From positions 1-56,935 of the forward strand of contig CANLLM010000004.1 of the NCBI GenBank assembly GCA_947491825.1: a stretch of 56,935 nt of DNA, written 5' to 3'. Origin of the DNA: Bacteroidota bacterium. GTDB taxonomy: Bacteria; Bacteroidota; Bacteroidia; UKL13-3. Position 1 is the first letter of the stretch. Each line of letters opens with the position of its first letter. The notes under the pieces were generated by a model. The model ran no database searches and was not told where the DNA came from. It saw only the letters and a program-made list of their open reading frames with translations. The translations under genes and the position numbers were made by a program. Positions 49,756 through 56,935 of the stretch are shown piece by piece.

Positions 49756-49785
49756 CAAAAATATGAATTTAGGCTTATCTAAAAA
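49756..49785 (-). promoter_or_regulatory. TBDR promoter with an adjacent DtxR/MntR-like palindromic operator
   Basis: -7 element TATTTTTG (minus strand, 49756-49763); TTTAG-N6-CTAAA at 49768-49783. Confidence 0.65.
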
Positions 49786-49805
49786 ATATATTATATTAAT
49801 TTAAC

Positions 49806-50423
49806 TTATTCGGTCATGTAGGTTAAAATAAAGCCATCCAATAATTCATCATGTATATCGTAAAAAATGGGTGTATTTATGTGTAAGCAGCCTCTTAATT
49901 GAGGTTGTTGGGTAAAAATGGTCATGTGTTTTTTAAAGTCCAATTCTTTTTGACCGTAAAATTTGTACAAGGTTTCTTTTGCACTCCAAATCAGGGTTTG
50001 ATCGTGTATAAGATTAGAGGTTTGTTGTAACATTTCTTCTTCGGCACTATTTATAAATTTATGTGCCACTCTTCCAACTCGCTCATCAACTTTCTCTAAA
50101 TCGATTGCCACATTTTTAACTTTACTAAACATAACTGCTGCGTAATTGCTGCTGTGGGTAACAGATAAGTGGTATTTTTCGTCATTAACCAACATACTTG
50201 GTTTATTATAAATATCTTTATGGATTGTAACCAAGGCCTCTAATCCAAAATGTGTTGTAATTGCAGCGCGGCTTGCTAACCAGTGCAAACTATGCTTAGG
50301 GGTTGTGGTTTGCTCGTCTTTTAAATTAAACAAAAATTTATTTAACGTTTCCGCATCTTCTGTAATTTTCCAAACCAATAAAAAGGTATTTTCGCCCGGA
50401 GTAAAAGTTTTAACTATTGCCAT
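49806..50423 (-). CDS. 4'-phosphopantetheinyl transferase superfamily protein
   Basis: YNKPSML, LSVTHS, VAIDLE, IWSAKETLYK; likely start MAIVKTF at 50423. Confidence 0.9.
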   Translation of the reverse strand: MAIVKTFTPGENTFLLVWKITEDAETLNKFLFNLKDEQTTTPKHSLHWLASRAAITTHFGLEALVTIHKDIYNKPSMLVNDEKYHLSVTHSSNYAAVMFSKVKNVAIDLEKVDERVGRVAHKFINSAEEEMLQQTSNLIHDQTLIWSAKETLYKFYGQKELDFKKHMTIFTQQPQLRGCLHINTPIFYDIHDELLDGFILTYMTE

Positions 50424-51339
50424 GAGTGTAATTAACATCACGAAAGTAGCACATTTTAGCGGACATAATGGTCCAATTTATTCGTTAAGTCACGCCATTC
50501 TACCAAACGAATTTTACAGTGGAGGAAACGATGGATATGTTGTGCTTTGGAATATAGAATCCAAAGGCGATGGTAAGCTATTGGTTCAGGTAAACCGCCC
50601 TGTTTATTCACTTTGTATAGATAGAGCAAACAGCTTGCTTTTTTGCGGGGCAGCCAGTGGCAATTTACATGTAGTTGATTTGGTGGCTGGTAAAGAAATT
50701 AGAAATATAGAGGCGCATACCTTGGGTATTTTTGACATAAGAATATACAACAACGAATTGATTACATGTGGAGGGGATGGTGCCGTTAAAATTTGGAGTT
50801 TGTCTGATTTAAAGTTACTATACCACCATCAAGAGAGTACCAAAAGTGCTCGTTGTATAGACCTCAATAGCAATCAAAATATAATGGCTGTTGGGTTTAG
50901 CGATTTTAAAATACGCCTCTATCAATTAAGTGATTTTACTTTGCTAAATACGCTAGATGCGCATACCAACTCAGTATTTACAGTAGCTTTTACTAAAGAT
51001 GGTAAGGAGTTATTAAGTGGTGGACGGGATGTGATGTTGCGCAGTTGGTTGGTAAATCAAAACTACAAATTAGATGTTGATGTGGCTGCGCACAACTTGC
51101 ATATTAATCACATTGCATTTAATCCTAGTGGGAAATTGTTTGCTACGGTAAGTATGGATAAAACCATAAAAATTTGGTCCAGAGAGAAATTTCAATTACT
51201 AAAAGTTATTGATAAATTTAAATATGATGGCCATTTGAGCAGTGTAAACAAATGCCTTTGGTTTGATAACGAAACCCTTTTAACCGGAAGTGATGATAGA
51301 ACCATTATGATGTGGATGGTAGAAACAGAAAAATTGTAA
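50422..51339 (+). CDS. WD40 repeat protein
   Basis: GH..(I/V)Y.L, SGGNDG.V.LW, AHT..IF, GGDG.VKIW, SMDKTIKIW, GSDDRTIMMW; likely start MSVINI at 50422. Confidence 0.9.
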   Translation: MSVINITKVAHFSGHNGPIYSLSHAILPNEFYSGGNDGYVVLWNIESKGDGKLLVQVNRPVYSLCIDRANSLLFCGAASGNLHVVDLVAGKEIRNIEAHTLGIFDIRIYNNELITCGGDGAVKIWSLSDLKLLYHHQESTKSARCIDLNSNQNIMAVGFSDFKIRLYQLSDFTLLNTLDAHTNSVFTVAFTKDGKELLSGGRDVMLRSWLVNQNYKLDVDVAAHNLHINHIAFNPSGKLFATVSMDKTIKIWSREKFQLLKVIDKFKYDGHLSSVNKCLWFDNETLLTGSDDRTIMMWMVETEKL

Positions 51340-51352
51340 ATTGCACTAAAAC

Positions 51353-52450
51353 ATGAACACCATATATCAGATAATAAAACACTTAGAACAGTTTGCTCCA
51401 CCCGTATATCAAGAAAGTTATGATAACTGTGGTTTACTGACAGGAGATGCTACTTGGGAATTAACTAGCGTATTGGTAACATTAGATTGCACCGAGGCTG
51501 TGGTTGATGAAGCCATTGCAAAAGGATGTAATTTAATTGTGGCGCATCATCCCATAATTTTTGGTGGACTAAAAAAAATAAATGGTAAAAACTATGTGGA
51601 GCGAACCATTATCAAAGCCATTAAGAATGACATTGCTATTTATGCTATTCACACCAATTTAGATAACGTGCAACAGGGTGTTAACCATAAAATTTCTGAA
51701 AAATTAGGGTTGATAAATACACAAATTTTAGCCCCAAAATCGGGCATGTTAAAAATGTTATGTGTGTATGTGCCTCAAACGCATATAAAGGTCGTTCAAG
51801 AAGCTTTATTTAATGCAGGAGCGGGTGATATTGGCAACTATAGCGAGTGTAGTTTCTATGCCACCGGAATGGGTACTTTTAAGGGCAATGAGCAAAGCCA
51901 TGCATTTGTGGGAAAAATAGGTGAGCGTCATCAAGAACCCGAGTATAAACTAGAAGTAGTGGTTGATGATTCTAAGATAAATGAAGTGATATCGGCCTTA
52001 AAAAGTGCCCATCCATATGAAGTAGTAGCCTTTAATATTTATGCCATATTAAATCCGAACGATACCATTGGAAGTGGTATGATAGGCGAGTTGCCTGAAG
52101 AATTAAATGCAGTAGACTTTTTAAAACACCTAAAAAGTGCCATGAACCTGAACGTGGTAAGGTATACACCGTACAGTAAATTAATTAAAAAAGTTGCTGT
52201 ATGTGGCGGTTCAGGAAGTTTTTTACTTAAAAATGCCATTGGAGCTCAAGCAGATGCATTTGTTACGGCAGATTTTAAATACCACGAATTTTTTGATGCC
52301 GAAAACCGCTTAATGATCGCGGATATTGGTCATTATGAGAGTGAAATTTTCACAATTAACTTATTAGCTGATGAAATTGTAAAAAAAATCCCTACTTTCG
52401 CGGTCATTTTATCAGAGATTAACACGAATCCAATAAACTATTATATTTAA
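51353..52450 (+). CDS. Nif3-like dinuclear metal-centre hexameric protein (YqfO/GTP cyclohydrolase I type 2 family)
   Basis: YDNCGL, AHHPIIF, HTNLD, AHPYE PII-like insert, VAVCGGSG, GHYESE. Confidence 0.92.
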   Translation: MNTIYQIIKHLEQFAPPVYQESYDNCGLLTGDATWELTSVLVTLDCTEAVVDEAIAKGCNLIVAHHPIIFGGLKKINGKNYVERTIIKAIKNDIAIYAIHTNLDNVQQGVNHKISEKLGLINTQILAPKSGMLKMLCVYVPQTHIKVVQEALFNAGAGDIGNYSECSFYATGMGTFKGNEQSHAFVGKIGERHQEPEYKLEVVVDDSKINEVISALKSAHPYEVVAFNIYAILNPNDTIGSGMIGELPEELNAVDFLKHLKSAMNLNVVRYTPYSKLIKKVAVCGGSGSFLLKNAIGAQADAFVTADFKYHEFFDAENRLMIADIGHYESEIFTINLLADEIVKKIPTFAVILSEINTNPINYYI

Positions 52451-52453
52451 ATT

Positions 52454-53206
52454 ATGGCTGCTAACACAGAGTTAACCGTAGAACAGAAACTTCAAGCACT
52501 TTACAAACTTCAAGTTATCGACTCGAAAATAGACAAATTAAAATCGGTACGTGGCGAATTGCCAATGGAAGTTGCAGATTTGGAAGATGAATTGGCGGGC
52601 TTAGAGACACGCAGCGAGAATCTTGAAGCAGAAGTAAAACAAATGGAGGCATCTATTTCGGCCAATAAAACCCAAATAATGGATGCTAAAGCCAATATTA
52701 AAAAATACGAAAAACAGTTAGAGAACGTAAAAAATAACCGTGAATTCGATGCTTTAAACAAAGAAATTGAAATCGCTGGATTAGAAGTTCAGGCTGCAGA
52801 GAAACGTATTAAAAATTTACAGTTTGATATTGAGCAAAAGAATTCTTCAAAAGAAGGTTTATTTGCTGAGTTGGAAGGCCGTAAAATTGATCTTAAAAAT
52901 AAGAAAGGTGAATTAGATAATATTGTTGAAGAGACTGAAAAAGAGGAAAGAGAATATCTTGTGCTGCGTGAAAAAGCAACCATCGGTATTGAAGATCGTC
53001 TTTTGAATGGCTACAATGGTATTCGTGGAAACGTTAAAAATGGTATCGGTATTGCTATCATTGAACGTAATTCTTGTGGCGGTTGTTTCTCTAAAATACC
53101 ACCTCAACGCCAAGCGGATATTCGCCAACGTAAGAAGATTTTGGTTTGCGAACATTGCGGACGCGTTTTGGTTGACCCGCAATTAGCGGAAGAAATTACT
53201 TTGTAA
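52454..53206 (+). CDS. Coiled-coil protein with C4 zinc ribbon (DUF164/CT398-like)
   Basis: Long coiled coil, CGGCF...CEHCGRVL; usual partner of Nif3. Confidence 0.9.
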   Translation: MAANTELTVEQKLQALYKLQVIDSKIDKLKSVRGELPMEVADLEDELAGLETRSENLEAEVKQMEASISANKTQIMDAKANIKKYEKQLENVKNNREFDALNKEIEIAGLEVQAAEKRIKNLQFDIEQKNSSKEGLFAELEGRKIDLKNKKGELDNIVEETEKEEREYLVLREKATIGIEDRLLNGYNGIRGNVKNGIGIAIIERNSCGGCFSKIPPQRQADIRQRKKILVCEHCGRVLVDPQLAEEITL

Positions 53207-53229
53207 ATAACCATTATAGTTTTTAAACT

Positions 53230-54732
53230 ATGATATGTATTAAAGGAGCACGTATGGTTATTACCTTGGTGCTCTTTTTTTTGTGCCTTATTGTTAAGGC
53301 AAATATTCAACATCACTTTTATTTTTCTCCAGTTTGCCTAGAGGCCCAAAAGCATATTGCTTCGCTACGTTTAAATAAAGCCCAGCAACTCTTATCAGCC
53401 GAAAAGAAGCTTCATCCAGATAATGTTGCCATACTATTTCTTGAAAATTACATCGATTACTACAGGTTAATTACTTCGCAGGATTACAGTAACCTTAAAA
53501 AGATGGAGCAATTAAAAGACGAACGCTTAAAGGCAATTCGGAAGATATCTCCTAAATCACCCTATTTTTTATATGCCCAGAGTGAAATTAATTTGCAATG
53601 GGGTTTTATCCAGAGTTTTAATCAAGGGTATTTGGGTGCAATGCTTGATTTCAGAAATGCCTACCAATTGGCTAAAGAAAATTATGAAAAGTACCCTGAA
53701 TTTAAACCTAGCCTTAAAACAGTAGGCTTGTTCAGGGCTTTATTGGGTACGATACCCAATAACTATAAATGGATTTTAGGAATGGCTGGGTTAAGTGGCG
53801 ATTTTGATGGGGGTATGCAATTGATACAGCGTTATTTTGATACAGATAATTACCAAGAATTTATCTTGGATAAACAAAGCAGTGAGTTTTATTATACCTT
53901 ATTTATGCTCAATTTTGGAGATAAGCAGAAGGCCTGGGCATTTTGTAATGAACACACAACCGACCATAATACCAATTTAATGAGCGTTTATTTACGTGCG
54001 TTTACCGCAAGTAAAGTAGGTAAAAATGATGAAGCAATTCTTGTTTTGCAACAACGTCCTAAATCTGCTGATTATGAACCTTTTTTTGCTTTAGACTATA
54101 TGTTAGGGCTATGTAAGTTAAATAGGCTAGATGATGATGCAGAGCAAAGTTTGAAGCGTTTTGTTTCGTTTTACAAGGGTAAAGTGCTAATGAAAGATGC
54201 TTACCGCAGAATCAGCTGGTGTTACTTATTAAAAAATGATTTAGATAAGTTTAAAATTTATCGTGAATTAAGTAAACGATATGGCAATAGCAACAACGAA
54301 GAAGATAAAAAGGTGCTGCATGAAACTGAGAAAGGCATAATGCATGATTTGATTATTTTAAAATCTCGTTTATTGTTTGATGGTGGATATTACCAAAGGG
54401 CTGAGGAAACTATTAAAAAGAAGGATGTTAATCAACTTAAAACTAATTATCAAAAACTAGAATATTATTACCGTTATGGCCGCATTTTACATGAGCAAAA
54501 CAAATACAATAAGGCTATTGATTATTATACTTACGTTGTTAAAAATGCCCCAGTAAATACACCTTACTATTTTGCTCCTTATGCTTGTTTGCAAATGGGT
54601 TATATCTACCAAAAAATGGGTTTTGGTCAATTGGCAAAATCCCATTTTAGCAAAGTTGAATCGTATACCAAAGCCGAATACCACGAGAGCATAAAAATTA
54701 AATCTAGTAATGAGTTGCATAAACTTAAATAA
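53230..54732 (+). CDS. TPR-repeat protein (exported)
   Basis: Signal-like N-terminus, all-helical, C-terminal TPRs (YYRYGRILHEQNKYNKAIDYY; YACLQMGYIYQKMG). Confidence 0.75.
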   Translation: MICIKGARMVITLVLFFLCLIVKANIQHHFYFSPVCLEAQKHIASLRLNKAQQLLSAEKKLHPDNVAILFLENYIDYYRLITSQDYSNLKKMEQLKDERLKAIRKISPKSPYFLYAQSEINLQWGFIQSFNQGYLGAMLDFRNAYQLAKENYEKYPEFKPSLKTVGLFRALLGTIPNNYKWILGMAGLSGDFDGGMQLIQRYFDTDNYQEFILDKQSSEFYYTLFMLNFGDKQKAWAFCNEHTTDHNTNLMSVYLRAFTASKVGKNDEAILVLQQRPKSADYEPFFALDYMLGLCKLNRLDDDAEQSLKRFVSFYKGKVLMKDAYRRISWCYLLKNDLDKFKIYRELSKRYGNSNNEEDKKVLHETEKGIMHDLIILKSRLLFDGGYYQRAEETIKKKDVNQLKTNYQKLEYYYRYGRILHEQNKYNKAIDYYTYVVKNAPVNTPYYFAPYACLQMGYIYQKMGFGQLAKSHFSKVESYTKAEYHESIKIKSSNELHKLK

Positions 54733-54775
54733 CAGAGGTATGCACCCTTAACCAACTTAAATGTATATTAGTAAC

Positions 54776-55945
54776 ATGAAAAATTTACTTTTTGTTGTTG
54801 TGTATTTGATTACCTATAACGCTTTTGCACAATACGCCAATGTGAAGCAAATCGTACAACAAGTTAGCCAAGACTCATTAGTAACCTATGTTAAACAATT
54901 AACAGGTTTGCTTCCCATTGGTGCTGATACCATAAAAACCAGATATAAAGGAACAGCTGGTAACAGCATGACCGAGCAATACATCATGCAAAAACTAAAC
55001 AGTTGGGGTGTTGCTTTTGACGAAATTGTATTTAGCAGTACGGGTAAAAATATTATAGCAAAAATACCAGGAAGAAGAACAGATAGAATTATGATGATGG
55101 GAGCCCATTTTGATGCTGTTGGTACTTCTAATCCTGATATTACGGTTTACTATCCTGGGGCCGATGATAACGCAAGCGGAACATCAGCATTGCTTGAAGC
55201 AGTTAGGGTTTGTGCAAAATACCAATTCCCAATTACATTACATTTTGCCTTTTGGGATGAAGAAGAACAAAATTTAGTAGGGAGTAAATATACAGCTCCC
55301 GATTATATGAACAAATTAGTGGGTTACATAAATCATGATATGATTGGATGGAGTTTAAATAATGACAGTTTAGTTGAAATACATACTGCTTCTTCAGGCC
55401 ATTCAATTGAATTGGCTCAACGTGTAGTAAACATCATTTCATTGTACAACATTCCCTTAATAGCCAAATTAATGAATCCGGGTAATCCAAACACGGATCA
55501 TGGTACATTTTGGCAAAATAACTTGACCGCTGTGGGCATCAACGAAATTTATGATGGACCATTAATGAATCCACATTGGCATCGCCCAACTGATTCTTTA
55601 ACTACCATGAATATTCCATATTTTGTATCGGTTAGCAAATTGGGATTAACTACATTATTACACGAGGCCATGGATAGTTTAAACATGGTTGGTTTAAGTC
55701 ATCAATCCCTGAACGGAAATTTTGCTGTTTATCCAAATCCGGTTGAAGATGTGTTATACATCAATAATGAAGATGCGACTTTCATTAATGTTAAAATATA
55801 TAACATATATGGCAACTTGGTGGCCTCATTAGCCGCAGATGGAAACAGTTCAATATCGGTAAAAGAACTCGCCACAGGCATCTATATTGTGGAGGTTTTA
55901 AGCCGAGAAAAAGGAATAAGCCGCAAACGGTTTATGAAAAAGTAA
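54776..55945 (+). CDS. M28 family metallopeptidase with a T9SS C-terminal domain
   Basis: GAHFDA, GADDNASG, WDEEEQ, HDMIG, TDH, HWH..D; CTD VYPNPVEDVL...GIYIV...RFMKK; signal AFA|Q from ATG 54776. Confidence 0.9.
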   Translation: MKNLLFVVVYLITYNAFAQYANVKQIVQQVSQDSLVTYVKQLTGLLPIGADTIKTRYKGTAGNSMTEQYIMQKLNSWGVAFDEIVFSSTGKNIIAKIPGRRTDRIMMMGAHFDAVGTSNPDITVYYPGADDNASGTSALLEAVRVCAKYQFPITLHFAFWDEEEQNLVGSKYTAPDYMNKLVGYINHDMIGWSLNNDSLVEIHTASSGHSIELAQRVVNIISLYNIPLIAKLMNPGNPNTDHGTFWQNNLTAVGINEIYDGPLMNPHWHRPTDSLTTMNIPYFVSVSKLGLTTLLHEAMDSLNMVGLSHQSLNGNFAVYPNPVEDVLYINNEDATFINVKIYNIYGNLVASLAADGNSSISVKELATGIYIVEVLSREKGISRKRFMKK

Positions 55946-55947
55946 AC

Positions 55948-56604
55948 TCAATTGTTATTAGAAAAAACATACTGAATAATATTGGCGCCCATTTGTAACG
56001 CTTTTTGTCTAACTAATTCAGGGTCGTTATGCACATCTGCATCTTCCCAGCCATTGCCTAAATCGCACTCGTAACTGTAAAAGCACACCAAGCGGCCCTT
56101 ATAAATCAACCCAAAACCTTGAGCGGGTTTGCCATCGTGCTCGTGCACTTTGGGTAAGCCGTTATTGAAATTAAACTTCTGATGGTAAATGGGATGGCTA
56201 AATGGCAACTCAATAAAGTCTAATTCAGGGAAAACCTTTTTCATTTCGCGTCTAAAAAATTTATCCATGCCAAAGTTATCATCAGCATGTAAAAAACCTC
56301 CTGCAAGTAAGTAGTTACGTAAGTTGTTGGCTTCCGCATTACCTAACACAATATTTCCATGCCCTGTTAAGTGTACAATAGGATAATTTAATAAATCAGG
56401 ACTACCTGCCTCTACCACATCTTCCTCGGGAATAAAGTTGGTTCCTATATTTTGGTTACAAAACCTGATTAAATTTGGCAATGAAGTTTTATTGGCATAC
56501 CAATCTCCACCACCATTGTATTTTAATTTAGCCATTTTTATGGTGGGCGGAGCAAATGCAAAAGAGAGTGCAACGAAAAATAATAGGGTTAGTTTTTTTA
56601 ACAT
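55948..56604 (-). CDS. DUF4159 domain protein
   Basis: LKYNGGGDWY, HLTGHG, GGFLHADDN, DLGNGWED, MGANII. Confidence 0.85.
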   Translation of the reverse strand: MLKKLTLLFFVALSFAFAPPTIKMAKLKYNGGGDWYANKTSLPNLIRFCNQNIGTNFIPEEDVVEAGSPDLLNYPIVHLTGHGNIVLGNAEANNLRNYLLAGGFLHADDNFGMDKFFRREMKKVFPELDFIELPFSHPIYHQKFNFNNGLPKVHEHDGKPAQGFGLIYKGRLVCFYSYECDLGNGWEDADVHNDPELVRQKALQMGANIIQYVFSNNN

Positions 56605-56617
56605 GGTTCAAATATAA

Positions 56618-56935
56618 TTACTTTGTTAGGATTGCCTTGACGGTGAAACAAGCATACAATGCAGCGGTTTCGGTGCGTAGTATAGTTTTGCCAAGCGATA
56701 CCGGAATAAAATGATGTTGTTGTGCAAGATTTACTTCAGCTTCTGTAAAATCTCCTTCTGGTCCTATTAAAATGGTAATGTGGTTACTTGTTAGTTGGTT
56801 TATTTTTCGGTTGATGAGCGCAGTATCATCAGCCTCGCACCAAGCCATAAATTTATCGCCTGGTAAATCTTGTTTAATTACATCAGTAAATTTTTGTAGA
56901 GCATTTATTTTAGGTAAATACCATTGTTTACTTTG
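56618..56935 (-). CDS. rsmE: 16S rRNA m3U1498 methyltransferase, 5' part outside the window
   Basis: Open frame to the window edge (QSKQWYLPKI...); IGPEGDF and SLG..ILRTETA SPOUT motifs. Confidence 0.92.
   Translation of the reverse strand, partial: QSKQWYLPKINALQKFTDVIKQDLPGDKFMAWCEADDTALINRKINQLTSNHITILIGPEGDFTEAEVNLAQQHHFIPVSLGKTILRTETAALYACFTVKAILTK

Noticed and set aside
50305-50421. Upstream start of the WD40 ORF at 50305
   Set aside because: The extra 39 codons are antisense to the PPTase and precede the first WD repeat; the -7 element at 50387 lies downstream of this start

Overview
AT-rich chromosomal window from a Bacteroidota genome (TAnnTTTG/TTCG -7 promoters, A-rich starts with no Shine-Dalgarno, Gln after most signal-peptide cleavage sites, T9SS C-terminal domains, fused secDF, mitochondrial-type aconitase). 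Most of it is housekeeping and peptide/amino-acid catabolism: prmA, kbl, M1/S8/M48/M28 peptidases, fused 2-oxoacid dehydrogenase E1, hutH, rocD, secDF, udk, a TetR-TolC-MFP-RND efflux operon, arsC, TonB, aconitase, desaturase, Nif3/zinc-ribbon and rsmE. Two genes run off the window edges, so the ORF track omits or truncates them: a >=909-aa beta-helix/Ig surface protein at 1-2728 and rsmE at the right end. I saw no rRNA, tRNA, CRISPR array or transposase. The best candidate for an undescribed system is at 8.2-15.5 kb: a TonB-dependent receptor followed by a T9SS-secreted protein with two near-identical beta-helix domains. Both genes carry 11-bp-phased (T/G)TAA(C/T)N boxes whose last copy starts exactly 26 bp before the -7 element, which resembles a PhoB/OmpR-type regulon; phosphate control is my inference. 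Next to it is a 1.3-kb non-coding island (15525-16771) of direct, inverted and nested palindromic repeats between two terminators. Other oddities: kbl broken by a compensating -1/+1 indel pair, an arginase-fold protein lacking its metal ligands, a DtxR/MntR-like box on a CxxC-plug TBDR, and two divergent genes whose start codons overlap on one CATG. Family assignments come from motif recognition only; no database search was run.
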